Positions 1-11,800 are shown, counted from the first letter of the whole stretch. The stretch: 63,885 bases of DNA, filler included, from Globobulimina sp. (GCA_003354225.1; 32 parts of 32 records of this genome joined end to end with filler, not necessarily neighbours in it), one strand, 5' to 3'. The notes: generated by a model not told the origin, from the sequence alone. Program-made: numbers and translations.

Positions 1-1202
1 TCCACATCCAAATATGTCATTATTGCTTTGAATACCTCCAACCTGCGTTGATCCAGATGGACACGCTATATATATATTTAATATATAATTTGTTTTTTAA
101 TAAACCATAGCAAACTTAAAAGTCATTCACAAAAAAATCCTTTCAACAGTCGATATATATTATAAAACTACATAACTGACTGAAACCGCAGTAAATTGAA
201 ATAATATTTGATCGATGACACCTCCAGCTTTGGCCCAAAAGCCGCTCAAATATGAGGGGGGGATAAATGGTAATCCATCCGGTATCTACATATCCTGCCG
301 GTAACTCCGGTGGCAGACATAATCTCATTGTGCCGTCAGATAATAGAAAGCCGATAGAATGCACCAACTCGCCATGCGTTACACGGTATCCATCAATGCG
401 TTGTTGAGCTGTCAATGTAAATGGAGTACAGGGGCTACTGACATCAGCCGGGAGACCTAATGCTGTCGTACTAGTTTGCGAATCTGCACTCCATTCAAGA
501 ATACCAACTGCTTGAAAAGTAAGCGCATTATATCCCCAATTTGAAATTGCGTTGATTCGACCCTGGAAGCAGTATTATTTGGTTAACGTACATATTTTAT
601 TAGAAACGTTTAATATATTTTACCTGATTCAGCATTTCTACAAAACTGCCACCGACGCCAATGCCATACATGTCTGTGGTGACAATCAATGCGTTTAAAT
701 CAGTGAACTGAAACCCGATCGCGTCGATAATACCACCGTAATGAAATTTAAATCCTGTTAAATATGTTCCTGATATTTTAACTGTTTGTGTCGTTTTGAT
801 ATCAGTCAAACTGGCATAATATATTGGATCTATACTGCATGTATAGGTGTTGCTGTTTGTTGCATGAAATGATATCGAACGAACAAAACTATTCTCTGAT
901 AATTCCACTGCGTAAGAATCAATATAATCGTTTGCATTTAAACTAAATGGAGTGCAGGAAGTAGCAATGGCTGCTTCGCCTATTCTATGATTTCTATCAG
1001 AATTGGATTTAGAATCACTGGTCCAACCGGCGATGAGTAGTCCGTGGAACGTATTTTCATAGCCACAGCTCGTTATTCCTGTGATTCTACCTTGATCGAA
1101 TATTGTTTGTGAATAGATTCCGCTCAATGAGCCATACATTATAGTTTCCAATGAAAATGAAACCAGTGGGAGTAAAAGAAGAAGGTGCACTGTAAACGCC
1201 AT
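1..1202 (-). CDS. Secreted protein with tandem jacalin-like lectin domains (multi-exon, 3' partial)
   Basis: Signal peptide; domain 1 ends YLTGFKFHYGGIIDAIGFQF; GT-AG intron 623..563; domain 2 starts GRINAI and ends YLSGFWAKAGGVIDQILFQF after a frameshift in a 7-nt homopolymer at 256-262. Confidence 0.65.
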
Positions 1203-1670
1203 TCAAATATTACTTAAGTTTTTTTGAACATACATATCAACATTAAACCATCCTTCCCTTATCAATTTGAGAACCAGTTAATTTAAAACACAATCGCCAA
1301 CACGATACGAACTATGTATGTTATTGTTATTATCTTTTCCCGTGGCCACGAAACAACACATCATACAAACTATAATCGAAATGAATTAATGAATAGCTCC
1401 AATCCAACGGCCATTTTGGTCGAGCCGATATCAGCAAACTGTCTCAGCGCAATAACATCATGTCCCGGGTCAGCCCCATCAACAATTTGCAACATATTCC
1501 AATAACGCTAACAACCTCGACACCAAATGTCTATGTGGTCAAAATATCAATAAAAATCTAAATTGCATTCAAAAACACCGATCTATTTGCCATCATTCAT
1601 GTATGTTTCCTGAATTTTCTGTGGAAATTATGTGTTTCTAATCATAATTTATAATACAATGAATACACAG

Positions 1671-1901
1671 TTGTTATTTGTCATAGTTGTTATGGAATAT
1701 TTGAGAATAAAACATGTTTATTACAACACCAAATGACACATAATCACCGAAGATTAATTGAGAATGAATATAAAATCTATGCTTGTAATTATAAACAATG
1801 CAATCAATCATATTCAACATTGCATGATTTCAATCGACATAAAAAACAACATTGGAAACCTTTTAAATGCAATGTTTGTAATAAGAGATTTGCTGCAAAA
1901 T
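1671..1901 (+). CDS. C2H2 zinc-finger protein exon (partial)
   Basis: CHSC..HQMTH, CNYKQC..HKKQH, KPFKCNVCNKRF; preceded by a gtatg...cacag intron. Confidence 0.8.
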
Positions 1902-2001
1902 NNNNNNNNNNNNNNNNNNNNNNNNNNNNNNNNNNNNNNNNNNNNTTAATTAATTAANNNNNNNNNNNNNNNNNNNNNNNNNNNNNNNNNNNNNNNNNNN
2001 N
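1902..2001. other. Artificial contig spacer (44 N + TTAATTAATTAA + 44 N), first of 31 at about 2-kb intervals
   Basis: Identical spacer after every contig; TTAATTAATTAA gives stops in all six frames; contig lengths fall from 1901 to 1898 bp. Confidence 0.99.
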
Positions 2002-2774
2002 TGAATGGACCAAAGCCACCTCCACCGGATCAATCATTGTTGGTACCCGAATCTAAAGCGATAAAACGTCATCCGTGGCCTGATGATTGGAAGAATGTTG
2101 AAAATGTTCCACCACCTGGTTGCCTTAGAATTTGTAATGTAATATTTGGACCATTACCTAAAGAATCAAAATATTACAGATTGAATGAGACAAAAGCGAT
2201 GCGGGGACAAATTAAGGAAGCAATATTACAGTACATGGATTATAATGACAATATCTCCCGTAGTGAAGCCTATTTTCTGTTGAGGAGTTTCCAGATTGAT
2301 GTTGAGAAGTTTAGGACAAAATTTGAACAAATGGCTAAGAATTATAAAGAAAGTCCTACTGATTCATCAAGTTCACAGAGTACACCAGAATCATCGCCTC
2401 GAATGTCACGAAGAAGATCTACTCATGTACAAAGTTGGAAAGAGATACAACAGCAAGTGTTAGATTCAAATTTATCTATGAGTCACATTCCATTGGAGCA
2501 ACAGGAAGAACCAATACAATTCGTACCCAGAAGTAATTTAGATTGGAAAACTCGTACAATAGAGGATGAGGTACAGAGGAAAATCAATGCTGAAAGACGT
2601 GGAGAAGTTTATAAAATATGGAAAACACCTGAACAAGAACGAGTGGCTTGTGATACATTTCTGCAGGTACTGGCTGATGCTCAAACACCACCAGTGCAGA
2701 GAAGATCATCTCGTGAACGGAAACCAACTGTCCGATATTCGGATGAATCATATCAGTTGACCAGACAGAAATGA
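2002..2774 (+). CDS. C-terminal tail of a probable LTR-retrotransposon polyprotein (5' partial)
   Basis: Ends with RRSSRERKPTVRYSD, the RRSxRxxxPxxRY-type tail typical after integrase; PPT and LTR-like sequence downstream. Confidence 0.5.
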
Positions 2775-3050
2775 ACGGTCGATGTAGTATTGTTTTGTTA
2801 TTTTTATTGTATTTTTGTAACGTGTAAGCCGATAATTTGCAGGTGTAATATTCAGTCACATTGATAGTACGGTGGTAATATCTTTATTTTTGGTGCTGTG
2901 AAAGTTTGATATTTCGATTTTGTAATTTATTTCTGAGTAAATCAATAGTTTTTTTAGTTCACACACATTCCCAACATTATTATAATGTTTTCCATTAAAA
3001 TTTCAGTTTTTCTTCTAGCTATACTGAACCAAGAGCTGTGTTAGCCAACC

Positions 3051-3900
3051 AAGAGAGAGGAAAGATGGTGCTTATACATTTTGAATTTTTAGGACAGATG
3101 GCGATAACCGACGACATTATATTATTTTCTTTTTAGATGTCATTATTTTCTTTTAGGTCTTTTTTGATATTTAATATTTGGCTGATTGCTGTGCTGGATA
3201 CAGTGATTGGCTGATTTTCTTTTAGCTTGATTTGTTCAGTTAAGGATTGGAGGAGATCGGAGTACTGTGGTTATTACATTAGTTGTGCCCATATTCGCCG
3301 ATGACTTCGTGGTTTCTGGATCCAGAGCATGTTAATCACTTTCTGATGGTGAACTTTCTGCATGGTTGCAAACATGTTGATATTTTGTCATTGGATGTGA
3401 ATGTTATATTGTCTATGGACTTTGAATACTATGGGTTTATGGAAGGTCAGATGGCTGAGATGGGATGATATCATGGGACAGTACAATGTGACGCTCCTTA
3501 GCTGATTTGATGGAACGAAGGATGGATCCGGACAGTGGATAGAACGGTAAACGTCAGGCCTGACTATTAACATCAAACCGCTTCTTTTAGATCAAAACTG
3601 TCCAGATCGTGCACTCAACAGTATACAGTACACATTACATTACATTACAGATGCCAGATGCCAGATGCCAGATGTTCAGCATATTGTCAGTTCAGAATAC
3701 CACATTACATTACAGCTGACATTATATTACGCTACATACAGTGGTTATGTCGTGGAGTCGAGCTGTGACGATGTGGTGAACAAAGGATGGATAAATTTGT
3801 CCGTTCGGTGCATGCTTGTGTATTGTAATATTTTAGAGTTCTTATTTTTTAGTTGTTTATTGTATTTTCATGTGGTCTAATTTTAGTCGTCGGGTTGCCA
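3051..3900 (+). mobile_element. Polypurine tract (3051-3065) and putative 3' LTR (3066-3900)
   Basis: AAGAGAGAGGAAAGA immediately followed by TGG; CCA at 3898-3900; internal GATTGG boxes and short ACATT and CAGATGC-type repeats. Confidence 0.5.
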
Positions 3901-4003
3901 ATNNNNNNNNNNNNNNNNNNNNNNNNNNNNNNNNNNNNNNNNNNNNTTAATTAATTAANNNNNNNNNNNNNNNNNNNNNNNNNNNNNNNNNNNNNNNNNN
4001 NNA

Positions 4004-5311
4004 ATATGTGGCGACAACCAATTAAAGTCAAAATATCTCGGCAAACACCCATTATTACTGTCGCGCAGCATCGATTATGACGATTTTATTAACAATCACG
4101 GCGGCAATGGTACTTTCGATAAATGGCCAGTCAATTTACATCAAACCAGTCGCTGTTTTTTAAATTACACCTCTGGCACCACAGGCAATCCAAAAGGTGT
4201 TCTAAACTCACACAGATCGACGTCGTTACGCACTTTATTAGAGCTAGACAGATATTGTGCAAGTGACTGCATTTTGGGACTGCCTCCAATGTTTCATGCG
4301 TGTGGCTGGGGAATGCCGTTCATTGCTATGACAACGGGCGCTAAAATTGTACTAAATAACACTTGCAATGATTACAATGTTCTCACTGATTCAATAATGC
4401 GCGAGGGAGTGACCTGTATCTGTGGCGTACCTACAATGATAAAAATTTTCTGCAATAAATTGCAAGAAAACCCCAGTAAATATATGGATAAGTTGCGTGT
4501 CCGCGAGGTGCGTTGTGGCGGTGCCTGTCCCCCACATCTTATACGATACTTACATAACAAATGGAAGATAGAATTGTCGCATGGATGGGGAATGACTGAG
4601 TGTATGCCCGGTTGTTACAGTCAGCGGTTACAGCGCCGACGCGATTTATTTGTGTCGACTGAGAATGATTTGATACAAAATCAATTGAAACAAGGCACGT
4701 TTAATCCGAGTATGGAGAGCTTGTTCGTGGATACAGAGAATGGAGAGGTTTTGAGTAAGAATGGTGTGGATGTCGGTGAGTTATTGATTAAAGGACCGTG
4801 TATTACCGATAGTTATTTTAAAATGAATGATGTAGAAACCCGGAATAAGTATTTTACGAAGGATGGTTATTTGAGAACGGGTGATATTGTGAGCATATCC
4901 GACAAGGATGAGATGAGAATTGTGGATCGTTCGAAAGATTTGATTAAATCCGGTGGCGAATGGATTGCGAGTGCAGATATGGAAAATTATGTGTTGAAGT
5001 TAGGCGAGAATGAGTATGATAATAATATCAAATGCTGTGCAGTCGTAGGACAAGCTCATCCGCGATGGGACGAAAGGCCGATATTAGTGATTGAGAGAGA
5101 GGATAAAGGGAATGTTTTACAGCCAAAAAAGGAAAATATTGTTAAGCATTTGAAATTAAAATATGCAAAGTTTCAATTGGTGGATGATATATTATTTTGG
5201 GACAGGATTCCATTGACTGGGACTGGCAAAAAATCAAAGAAAATGATAAGACAAAAACTAAAGGAGGAAAATTATCTTTTGCCACAATTGAGAAAAAAAT
5301 CAAAATTATAA
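4004..5311 (+). CDS. AMP-binding fatty acyl-CoA ligase (AlkK/DmdB-like) with PTS1 (5' partial)
   Basis: Frame open from the contig edge; YTSGTTGNPKGV, PMFHACGWG, GWGMTE, RTGD, DRSKDLIKSGGEWI, HPRWDERP; C-terminal SKL. Confidence 0.9.
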   Translation: MCGDNQLKSKYLGKHPLLLSRSIDYDDFINNHGGNGTFDKWPVNLHQTSRCFLNYTSGTTGNPKGVLNSHRSTSLRTLLELDRYCASDCILGLPPMFHACGWGMPFIAMTTGAKIVLNNTCNDYNVLTDSIMREGVTCICGVPTMIKIFCNKLQENPSKYMDKLRVREVRCGGACPPHLIRYLHNKWKIELSHGWGMTECMPGCYSQRLQRRRDLFVSTENDLIQNQLKQGTFNPSMESLFVDTENGEVLSKNGVDVGELLIKGPCITDSYFKMNDVETRNKYFTKDGYLRTGDIVSISDKDEMRIVDRSKDLIKSGGEWIASADMENYVLKLGENEYDNNIKCCAVVGQAHPRWDERPILVIEREDKGNVLQPKKENIVKHLKLKYAKFQLVDDILFWDRIPLTGTGKKSKKMIRQKLKEENYLLPQLRKKSKL

Positions 5312-5680
5312 CCATGATATTTAATTATATGATATTTATTATTTATTATATTAATCAATGATATTATGTTGTTTTTGTTGTTTAATTAATTACGATATGT
5401 TATTTTAATCAGAAAAATGGCACACTAGTAACTCTTTCAAGAATACTAAATAGTATTCTTGACTCTTTCGTCATTTCGCTTCCTTTTTTGATTTGTATCA
5501 TCAGATGCACGTGATCAGATTGTGTGTAAAAGGAATCACTTCAATTCTTTGATTTGGCAACGTCCATAAACCCAATGTATGAATTCTGACTTTTTATTGT
5601 ATACTGAGTGAAGGAATATATGTTGGGGACTGAAAAATTTGTTTGCAAAACAGGGCTCTCTATTCCGTTCACAGGACAAG

Positions 5681-5903
5681 GGGTTGTTCTTATATTGCAT
5701 ATAAATTTGGACCTAGGACCTAGGTATCCTTAATCGACATAAACGTAATCTTTCTTAGGGGTTGTTCTTATATTGCGCAATATAAATTGGACCTAGGACC
5801 TAGGCCATCCTTAATTGCAATAGATTAGTTTAAAGGAGCGTAGTGGTCGCATGCCTAGGTATCCTTAATTGCAATATCATGGTACCTAGGTCTCAATTTA
5901 TAT
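5681..5903. repeat. Direct and inverted GGACCTAGGACCTAGG-containing repeats
   Basis: Two 55-65 bp direct copies (about 5681 and 5759), a partial third, and an inverted copy at 5885-5903. Confidence 0.75.
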
Positions 5904-6609
5904 NNNNNNNNNNNNNNNNNNNNNNNNNNNNNNNNNNNNNNNNNNNNTTAATTAATTAANNNNNNNNNNNNNNNNNNNNNNNNNNNNNNNNNNNNNNNNN
6001 NNNCTGAATCGGATAAATCATTTAAGTCATCCAAATCATTTAGATTTAAGATGTCTTCTCTTACAAAATCAGAATGTGATTTTAATAGTACCGGTGCTTG
6101 GGATGCTATGTTGGAGTAATATCCCATTTGAATGTTTGCAGATAATAGGGATGCAATTTCAGCGGGGAAATATTCACAGATTGGTGTGGTTGTGTTGTTG
6201 CTCGCTGTTGGCGTTGAGGATGAGATCAATGAATCTGAATTTCGACGAATATGTCTAGATTTTAGCTTGTGTTTGCTGTTTTGATTGAATTTTTGTGATA
6301 GTAATTGTCCAACTGTATGAAAATGTGTATATGTGGTGTGTTGGATTCGTGTCCATAAATTGTGCAAACCGTAGATACGTCGGGTTATGTGGCAAATTAA
6401 TAGAAAAAGTGGAGGTGCATCATACTTCCTTCTAATGATCGCAAATCGTTCATTTTGATCGAATTTTTGCTTGAAAGTAGTTTAGGGCTATAAGCTATAT
6501 CAAATTTGTGCAAAATGAAAGTAGTAAGCTTAGTGAAAAACTTAGTCAGGCTCAACGAATTTATAATTTTACTTTGGATCTGTGTTCAAATGAACAACTT
6601 TTATGATTA

Positions 6610-7758
6610 TTACCGGCTTGATTTACAACACCAAGCAGTCAGCATGCTAGTAAATGGTGACCTGTTGTCATCAATGTCTATATGTTTTTTGGTCTTTTGC
6701 CAATTCTTTAGTTCCTTTTTGTACAACTTCAACCTATTAACTTTGGTTTGCAATTCTTTGAGTTTTCTCTTTTTCCTTTCCAGCAAATGTTTCTTTCTTT
6801 GCATCCGTTTATTATGTTGAGATATTTCTTGTTGGTGTTGTAATTCTTGAATCGAAGGATCAAAACAGATATTTAAAGACGGTAAAAACAATGGAATCGA
6901 ATGCATTGTGGTTCTAACCGTAGCTGGCTTATGATCCAATATTTGATAACATGTTCGTAGTGATTTCTTAAATCGTTTCTGTGGAATATTCGGATATTGC
7001 CTCACAAACTTATTCATATTAAGTTCCTTCCTATCGACAATATTTGCAGCTATATCAATCGCTCCCTTTCTGTATCTATTCGTAGTCATTGTTGACAGCT
7101 TTCTGATATCGTCAGATGTCTGCCATCGTTTTGTATAATGATTAAAAGTGAGCACCATTGAGGTGTGTGACACAAATGCACGCAAATTAGCTATGTTTTC
7201 AGTGGAATTGTCATCGCAAAGAGTTTGCTTAGTGACATGATTCAAAAAATTCCAACCAATCGCATACTGATTATCATTATAATTACACATTGAGTCGTTT
7301 CTGTTTATTTTATGCAATGGTAAAGATGGGATATCGATACATAAACTTTTGTCTCTATTTGCGTTCGGAATTACTTTCTTTTGACACATTTGGATGCATC
7401 TTTTTTCCGGCGATAAACGTAAACTGTTTGGAATTGGAACCGCTTTATTATTTTTACAGTGTAACTCGTTTTCTTTTAGCTTTTGTTGGTAATCGAGCTT
7501 CTTTTGTTTGACGCATTTTCTATACTGTCGGATAAATGGAACTGCCGCATCGTCAACAGATACATTGGCAAAACGTTGAGTATATTCAAATCGCTTGATT
7601 TGACCTCTTGTTGGCGATAACGATGGTGGCGGAGTTACGGATCGTAATAAATCGGGTCGGTCAAAAATGCACTCATGGTCACAAAATATTGTGTTTAAAG
7701 TTTGTGGTTTTTTGGATGAAGCACTGGGTGACAGACCTACAGATGACAGAGATGTCAT
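6610..7758 (-). CDS. Hypothetical protein with basic coiled-coil C-terminus
   Basis: 382-aa ORF in AT-rich DNA; no recognised domain. Confidence 0.55.
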   Translation of the reverse strand: MTSLSSVGLSPSASSKKPQTLNTIFCDHECIFDRPDLLRSVTPPPSLSPTRGQIKRFEYTQRFANVSVDDAAVPFIRQYRKCVKQKKLDYQQKLKENELHCKNNKAVPIPNSLRLSPEKRCIQMCQKKVIPNANRDKSLCIDIPSLPLHKINRNDSMCNYNDNQYAIGWNFLNHVTKQTLCDDNSTENIANLRAFVSHTSMVLTFNHYTKRWQTSDDIRKLSTMTTNRYRKGAIDIAANIVDRKELNMNKFVRQYPNIPQKRFKKSLRTCYQILDHKPATVRTTMHSIPLFLPSLNICFDPSIQELQHQQEISQHNKRMQRKKHLLERKKRKLKELQTKVNRLKLYKKELKNWQKTKKHIDIDDNRSPFTSMLTAWCCKSSR

Positions 7759-8004
7759 TGCATTTCAATATTTATAGTACACGGTACTCATAATACTGTA
7801 ATCTTGAGTGTCTGATACATGTATAGTTTTTGCAAGTCCGTAACAGAAACATTGGTGTTAAGTGTCTACTAGAGTTTGAAAATGTTTTCATCGAAAATAT
7901 CATCNNNNNNNNNNNNNNNNNNNNNNNNNNNNNNNNNNNNNNNNNNNNTTAATTAATTAANNNNNNNNNNNNNNNNNNNNNNNNNNNNNNNNNNNNNNNN
8001 NNNN

Positions 8005-8160
8005 TTTCATTTTGAAATTACTGTTTTTACTGTAAACTCTTTGAATTTACAGTTTTTTACAGATTATTCAAAATAAAAACTTTGAAAGTCAAAATTGAAT
8101 TCTTAAAGGTTGTGTTTCATCGGGAACCATTAACATTTTATTATTAACCTATTTTCCTTC
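8005..8160. mobile_element. Right end of GGAAGGAAAATAGGTT-TIR element (partial)
   Basis: About 115 bp near-identical to 30010-30125; ends AACCTATTTTCCTTCC, the reverse complement of the 9063 terminus. Confidence 0.75.
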
Positions 8161-8286
8161 CGTTTGAAAAGGTTTTTTTTTTCAGTTTTGATCTTATCGA
8201 ACACCTCAACAATCGTGTCTACACCGGTCCCATTAATCCATTTCAGTTATTCGATCATAAATTATCTAGGTTATGGTTATGGTTGT

Positions 8287-8367
8287 GGTCGCTTAGCTCA
8301 AGCAGAGCGCTGGATTAATATTTATTTATTTATTCAGCAGATTCAGGTTCAAATCCTGAGGCGACAG
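8287..8367 (+). tRNA. tRNA-Ile(AAT)-like gene with 11-nt intron (8321-8331), possibly a pseudogene
   Basis: Acceptor GGTCGCT/GGCGACA (G1-A72 mismatch); D-stem GCTC/GAGC with a 5-nt loop; anticodon stem CTGGA/TTCAG with loop TT-AAT-A; T-arm TCAGG-TTCAAAT-CCTGA. Confidence 0.7.
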
Positions 8368-9062
8368 CTGCCCATCCCACTCATCTCAAAGGAAAGTGTG
8401 TTATATTTGTAGAAACAAAGATCGCAACAACTCAATCCATAAAAACAGCGCGTCGATTTTGATATGATCCGCTTTCCAATGTCCATCCACTTCGTTACAC
8501 GGCAATGCTGGAGATAATTTGCAGTATGTCTCTGATGTCGACAGTACAGATTATGGCAAATGTTATGGAGGCTGTGAATGGAGCAAGCGGCTTTAGAGCA
8601 AAATGAAGCGGTTTTGGATGAATTACGCATGCAATTATTAATAATTTTTGACTACGATCGTCATCCAAAAAATACGCGATTCGAAAGCGGCTCAAAAGGA
8701 ATTCACTGTCTTTTGTAAATTTGGTGGACTTATCGAACTGATTGGAAATTTAAGAGCTGTTCGAAAAGTTTTCAAAAAAATCAGTACTTATCGAAAAGTT
8801 TTCCCCTATTAATTGAAATATATTAATTTAAATTAAATTTGTAACAAAAACACATGACACAAAAGGCTTCAAGTAAGCGTTAAATAATAAAAGAAAAAGT
8901 CGATATCCAATAATCTCAAATGTTTATATGGACCTAGGAGGGGACAGGCCACAAAAACCCAAGAGGAAATTTTTTCTTTATTCAAGTGGAACTGAGAATA
9001 ATCGATGAAAAATGAGAAAAATCGATGAAAATGAGAATAATCCATGAAAAATGAGAAAAATC

Positions 9063-9244
9063 GGAAGGAAAATAGGTTAAAAATATAATGTTAAAAGAGT
9101 CGCTCATCTGGTGAATTGATTGGTTTCTTAGTGAAAATTTTAAGGTTTTTCATATAATGTTAAACACGAAAACGTTACTTAAATCGCTTAGATTTCTAAA
9201 AAAACATGCTCGCAAGCATAATAGACCTATAACCTATTTTCCCC
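9063..9244. mobile_element. 182-bp MITE with 8-bp target-site duplication
   Basis: Termini GGAAGGAAAATAGGTTA and TAACCTATTTTCCCC; GAAAAATC duplicated at 9055-9062 and 9245-9252; inserted in a roughly 21-bp GAAAAATCGATGAAAATGA tandem array. Confidence 0.8.
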
Positions 9245-9408
9245 GAAAAATCGATGAAAATGAGGAAAATCCATGAAAATTATCTAGATGCCATCAATTC
9301 TGACAAATTATGATCGAAGTTTATCCAACTTGACAATTATAGCATTTTCTCATGTATTTATAGAAATACACAAATACAATAAATATTATTAAATTACTTC
9401 CAGACGAA

Positions 9409-9905
9409 TTGGCGATGTTGATCATACTAACAGTAATTTGCTTTCTTTTAGATATATCATGTCCAGCTAATAATCCCACATCAAATCCAACATTAAACCC
9501 AACATTAAATCCAACAACATTGTCACCGAGTGTTGCTCCGAGCAAAGCACCAACAAGTCTTCCATCATTAGCTCCTTCACTTGCACCACCATCATTGCCA
9601 TCCAGCAATGCGCCCACATCACCACCAAGTTTAGCACCAACCTCACCACCATCATTGGCACCCAGCAATGCGCCCACATCACCACCATCATTGGCACCCA
9701 GCAATGCGCCCACATCACCACCATCATTGGCACCCAGCAAAGCACCCACATCACCACCAACATCACCACCAACCTCACCACCTACACAACTACCATCATT
9801 GGCACCCAGCAAAGCACCCACATCACCACCATCATTGGCACCTAGCAAAGCACCCAGCAAGGCACCCACATCACCACCAACCTCACCACCAACCTCACTA
9901 CCTAC
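9409..9905 (+). CDS. Secreted Pro/Ser/Thr-rich repeat (mucin-like) protein (3' partial)
   Basis: Hydrophobic leader, then NPT repeats and 12-aa SPPSLAPS(N/K)APT repeats. Confidence 0.75.
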
Positions 9906-10005
9906 NNNNNNNNNNNNNNNNNNNNNNNNNNNNNNNNNNNNNNNNNNNNTTAATTAATTAANNNNNNNNNNNNNNNNNNNNNNNNNNNNNNNNNNNNNNN
10001 NNNNN

Positions 10006-10538
10006 TCTATATCTAATTTTGGTAATTTAACAGAGGTACCTTGGGCTACAGGTTGTGGCACTGCAACTGGCTGATTTATCATCTGAACTGGTTGATTAAC
10101 ATTGATTTGTTGCACCTGTTGCCGAAGGTCATGTATTTCTTGTTCCAAATCCTGTCGATGTGCTCCTCCAATGAGTTGACTTTTTCTGTCCTTCACTTGT
10201 TCCATAATTTGTTTCAGGAGGTCAATGTGTTGCTGCACAGTTTCAATCAATGCCTCTCCTGTGGCCAAAGTATCCTGAAATTCAGTAAATTTTGCCTCAT
10301 CATTAGCATAAGCATCAGATAAATTACTGTTAGCTGTCTCCAACCTAGGCAATTTTGTGACTAAGGCAGCCAATTTTTTGCGGACATCCTTGGAATACTG
10401 ATCTAATGCATCAGCATTATGGTCATTAATATGAGGCTCTAAGGCAAAAATATCTGTGTGAATATGCTGGATCTCTCTTTCTAAGCTGGAGAGTGCTCTG
10501 GTACGAATACCTTTCAGAGTGCCTATAGTTGCGGCCAT
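10006..10538 (-). CDS. BEL/Pao Gag N-terminus (3' partial)
   Basis: Helical N-terminal region ending TSVKLPKLDI, the KLPKL motif that opens the Pao capsid (DUF1759) region. Confidence 0.75.
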
Positions 10539-11593
10539 AGTGATGGATAATGACTCAAATAAACAAGAAAAAACAAAAACAAAAAAACAAAAATATAAAA
10601 AAAATGTTTTTTAGCTTTAGAATTCCTTTATTAAGTCAGATCCCTGCCATAGCTGAGAAGAGCTCTTTAAGAAATCCAAAGACACAGAGTAGAATGCCTA
10701 TAGGACCAGCCAGGGGGACTTGTCTTAGCTTGACAAAACCTAAGTAAAGATGACCACAACTGAGGTCAAAAAGAGGGGCAAAGTGAATGGAGGGAGACAG
10801 AAAAAACTGCAATACATAATATGACTAATAAAAAGACAAAAAATACTTAGCTTTTATAAGAATTAGTGTTCAAAAACGACGGGCTTCACCATAACTTGGA
10901 AGCTGGCCCTTTGCTCCAAGTGTTAGTTGTACTGAGCTGCACTGATGACTCCATGTCAGTGTGGATAAGAAATATAAATAATATTGAATAATAACACCAA
11001 TAAAAATGACAAATGTCAGCAGTAAATACTGTTCTTTTTCTCCAAATAATGGTCAATCAAATGATTATAAAAGTTTATTTCATGGAAATGTTAGTAATGA
11101 GGATAATAACTGAGTACATGGGAAAAGTGGAAGGCATTCATAGTTGAGTTGACAGCTAAATAGCTCACTGAATAATAACTCAATATGTCCAAATGGACCA
11201 CAATTTGACAAGAAAAAACTACAATCTCAACAGCCTCTTTTCACCAAAATATAGTTGACTTCTAACATAAGAGAAATTTAATATATAAAGTTAGTAAAAC
11301 ATAGGGGCAAAATCGATCTTTCTTGGCTTTGATTGGCTAGAAGTTTTCGCCCAGCCAATCAGGTTCCTTATCAGCTTTTGTTGAGGCGAGGAAGGGAGAC
11401 AATTCACCCCAAACATCAACCACCCGGCGCACTTTTGACTGACTTCTTGTTAGTATATGTGTTTCCAGACCTATAAATAATGGCAGGAACTCAGGAAACG
11501 CCGGATACTGAGGAAATTAACCTAAAAGACAGCCAAAATACAAGCCATAACGCCAGAAATGCTAAATAATCATTCTAAATTGTTACACTAACA
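10006..11593 (-). mobile_element. 5' end of a BEL/Pao LTR retrotransposon (5' LTR, PBS, start of gag)
   Basis: TGTTAGT at 10921 and ACTAACA ending at 11593 as inverted termini (alternative end 11267); TGG-initiated PBS 2 nt inside; gag ORF downstream. Confidence 0.7.
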
Positions 11594-11800
11594 AGCTACA
11601 TAGAATACTGTTAAGTTGAGAATAAATTCTAATTGAACAAATTATTAAATGCATTGAAATAACTAAATAATAGCTCAAATATTACTAAAATAAGCAAAGT
11701 AAATATACAAAACATCAATATTTATGCATTCTAACTAAATTAAATATAAATAACTAAATATTACTTAGCAAACAATAATATAATTCGCGCTAATCGCGAC

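Noticed and set aside
256-262. Programmed frameshift in the jacalin gene
   Set aside because: A one-base homopolymer error explains it more simply
1946-1957. TTAATTAATTAA palindrome recurring every 2 kb as a repeat array or CRISPR
   Set aside because: It is a scaffolding linker embedded in N runs
8130-9094. One large element bounded by inverted repeats at 8130-8160 and 9063-9094
   Set aside because: The repeats face the wrong way, and the 9063 copy has its own partner end and TSD
9321-9961. His-rich and Gly-rich ORFs over the PST repeat
   Set aside because: Shadow frames of the 36-bp coding repeat
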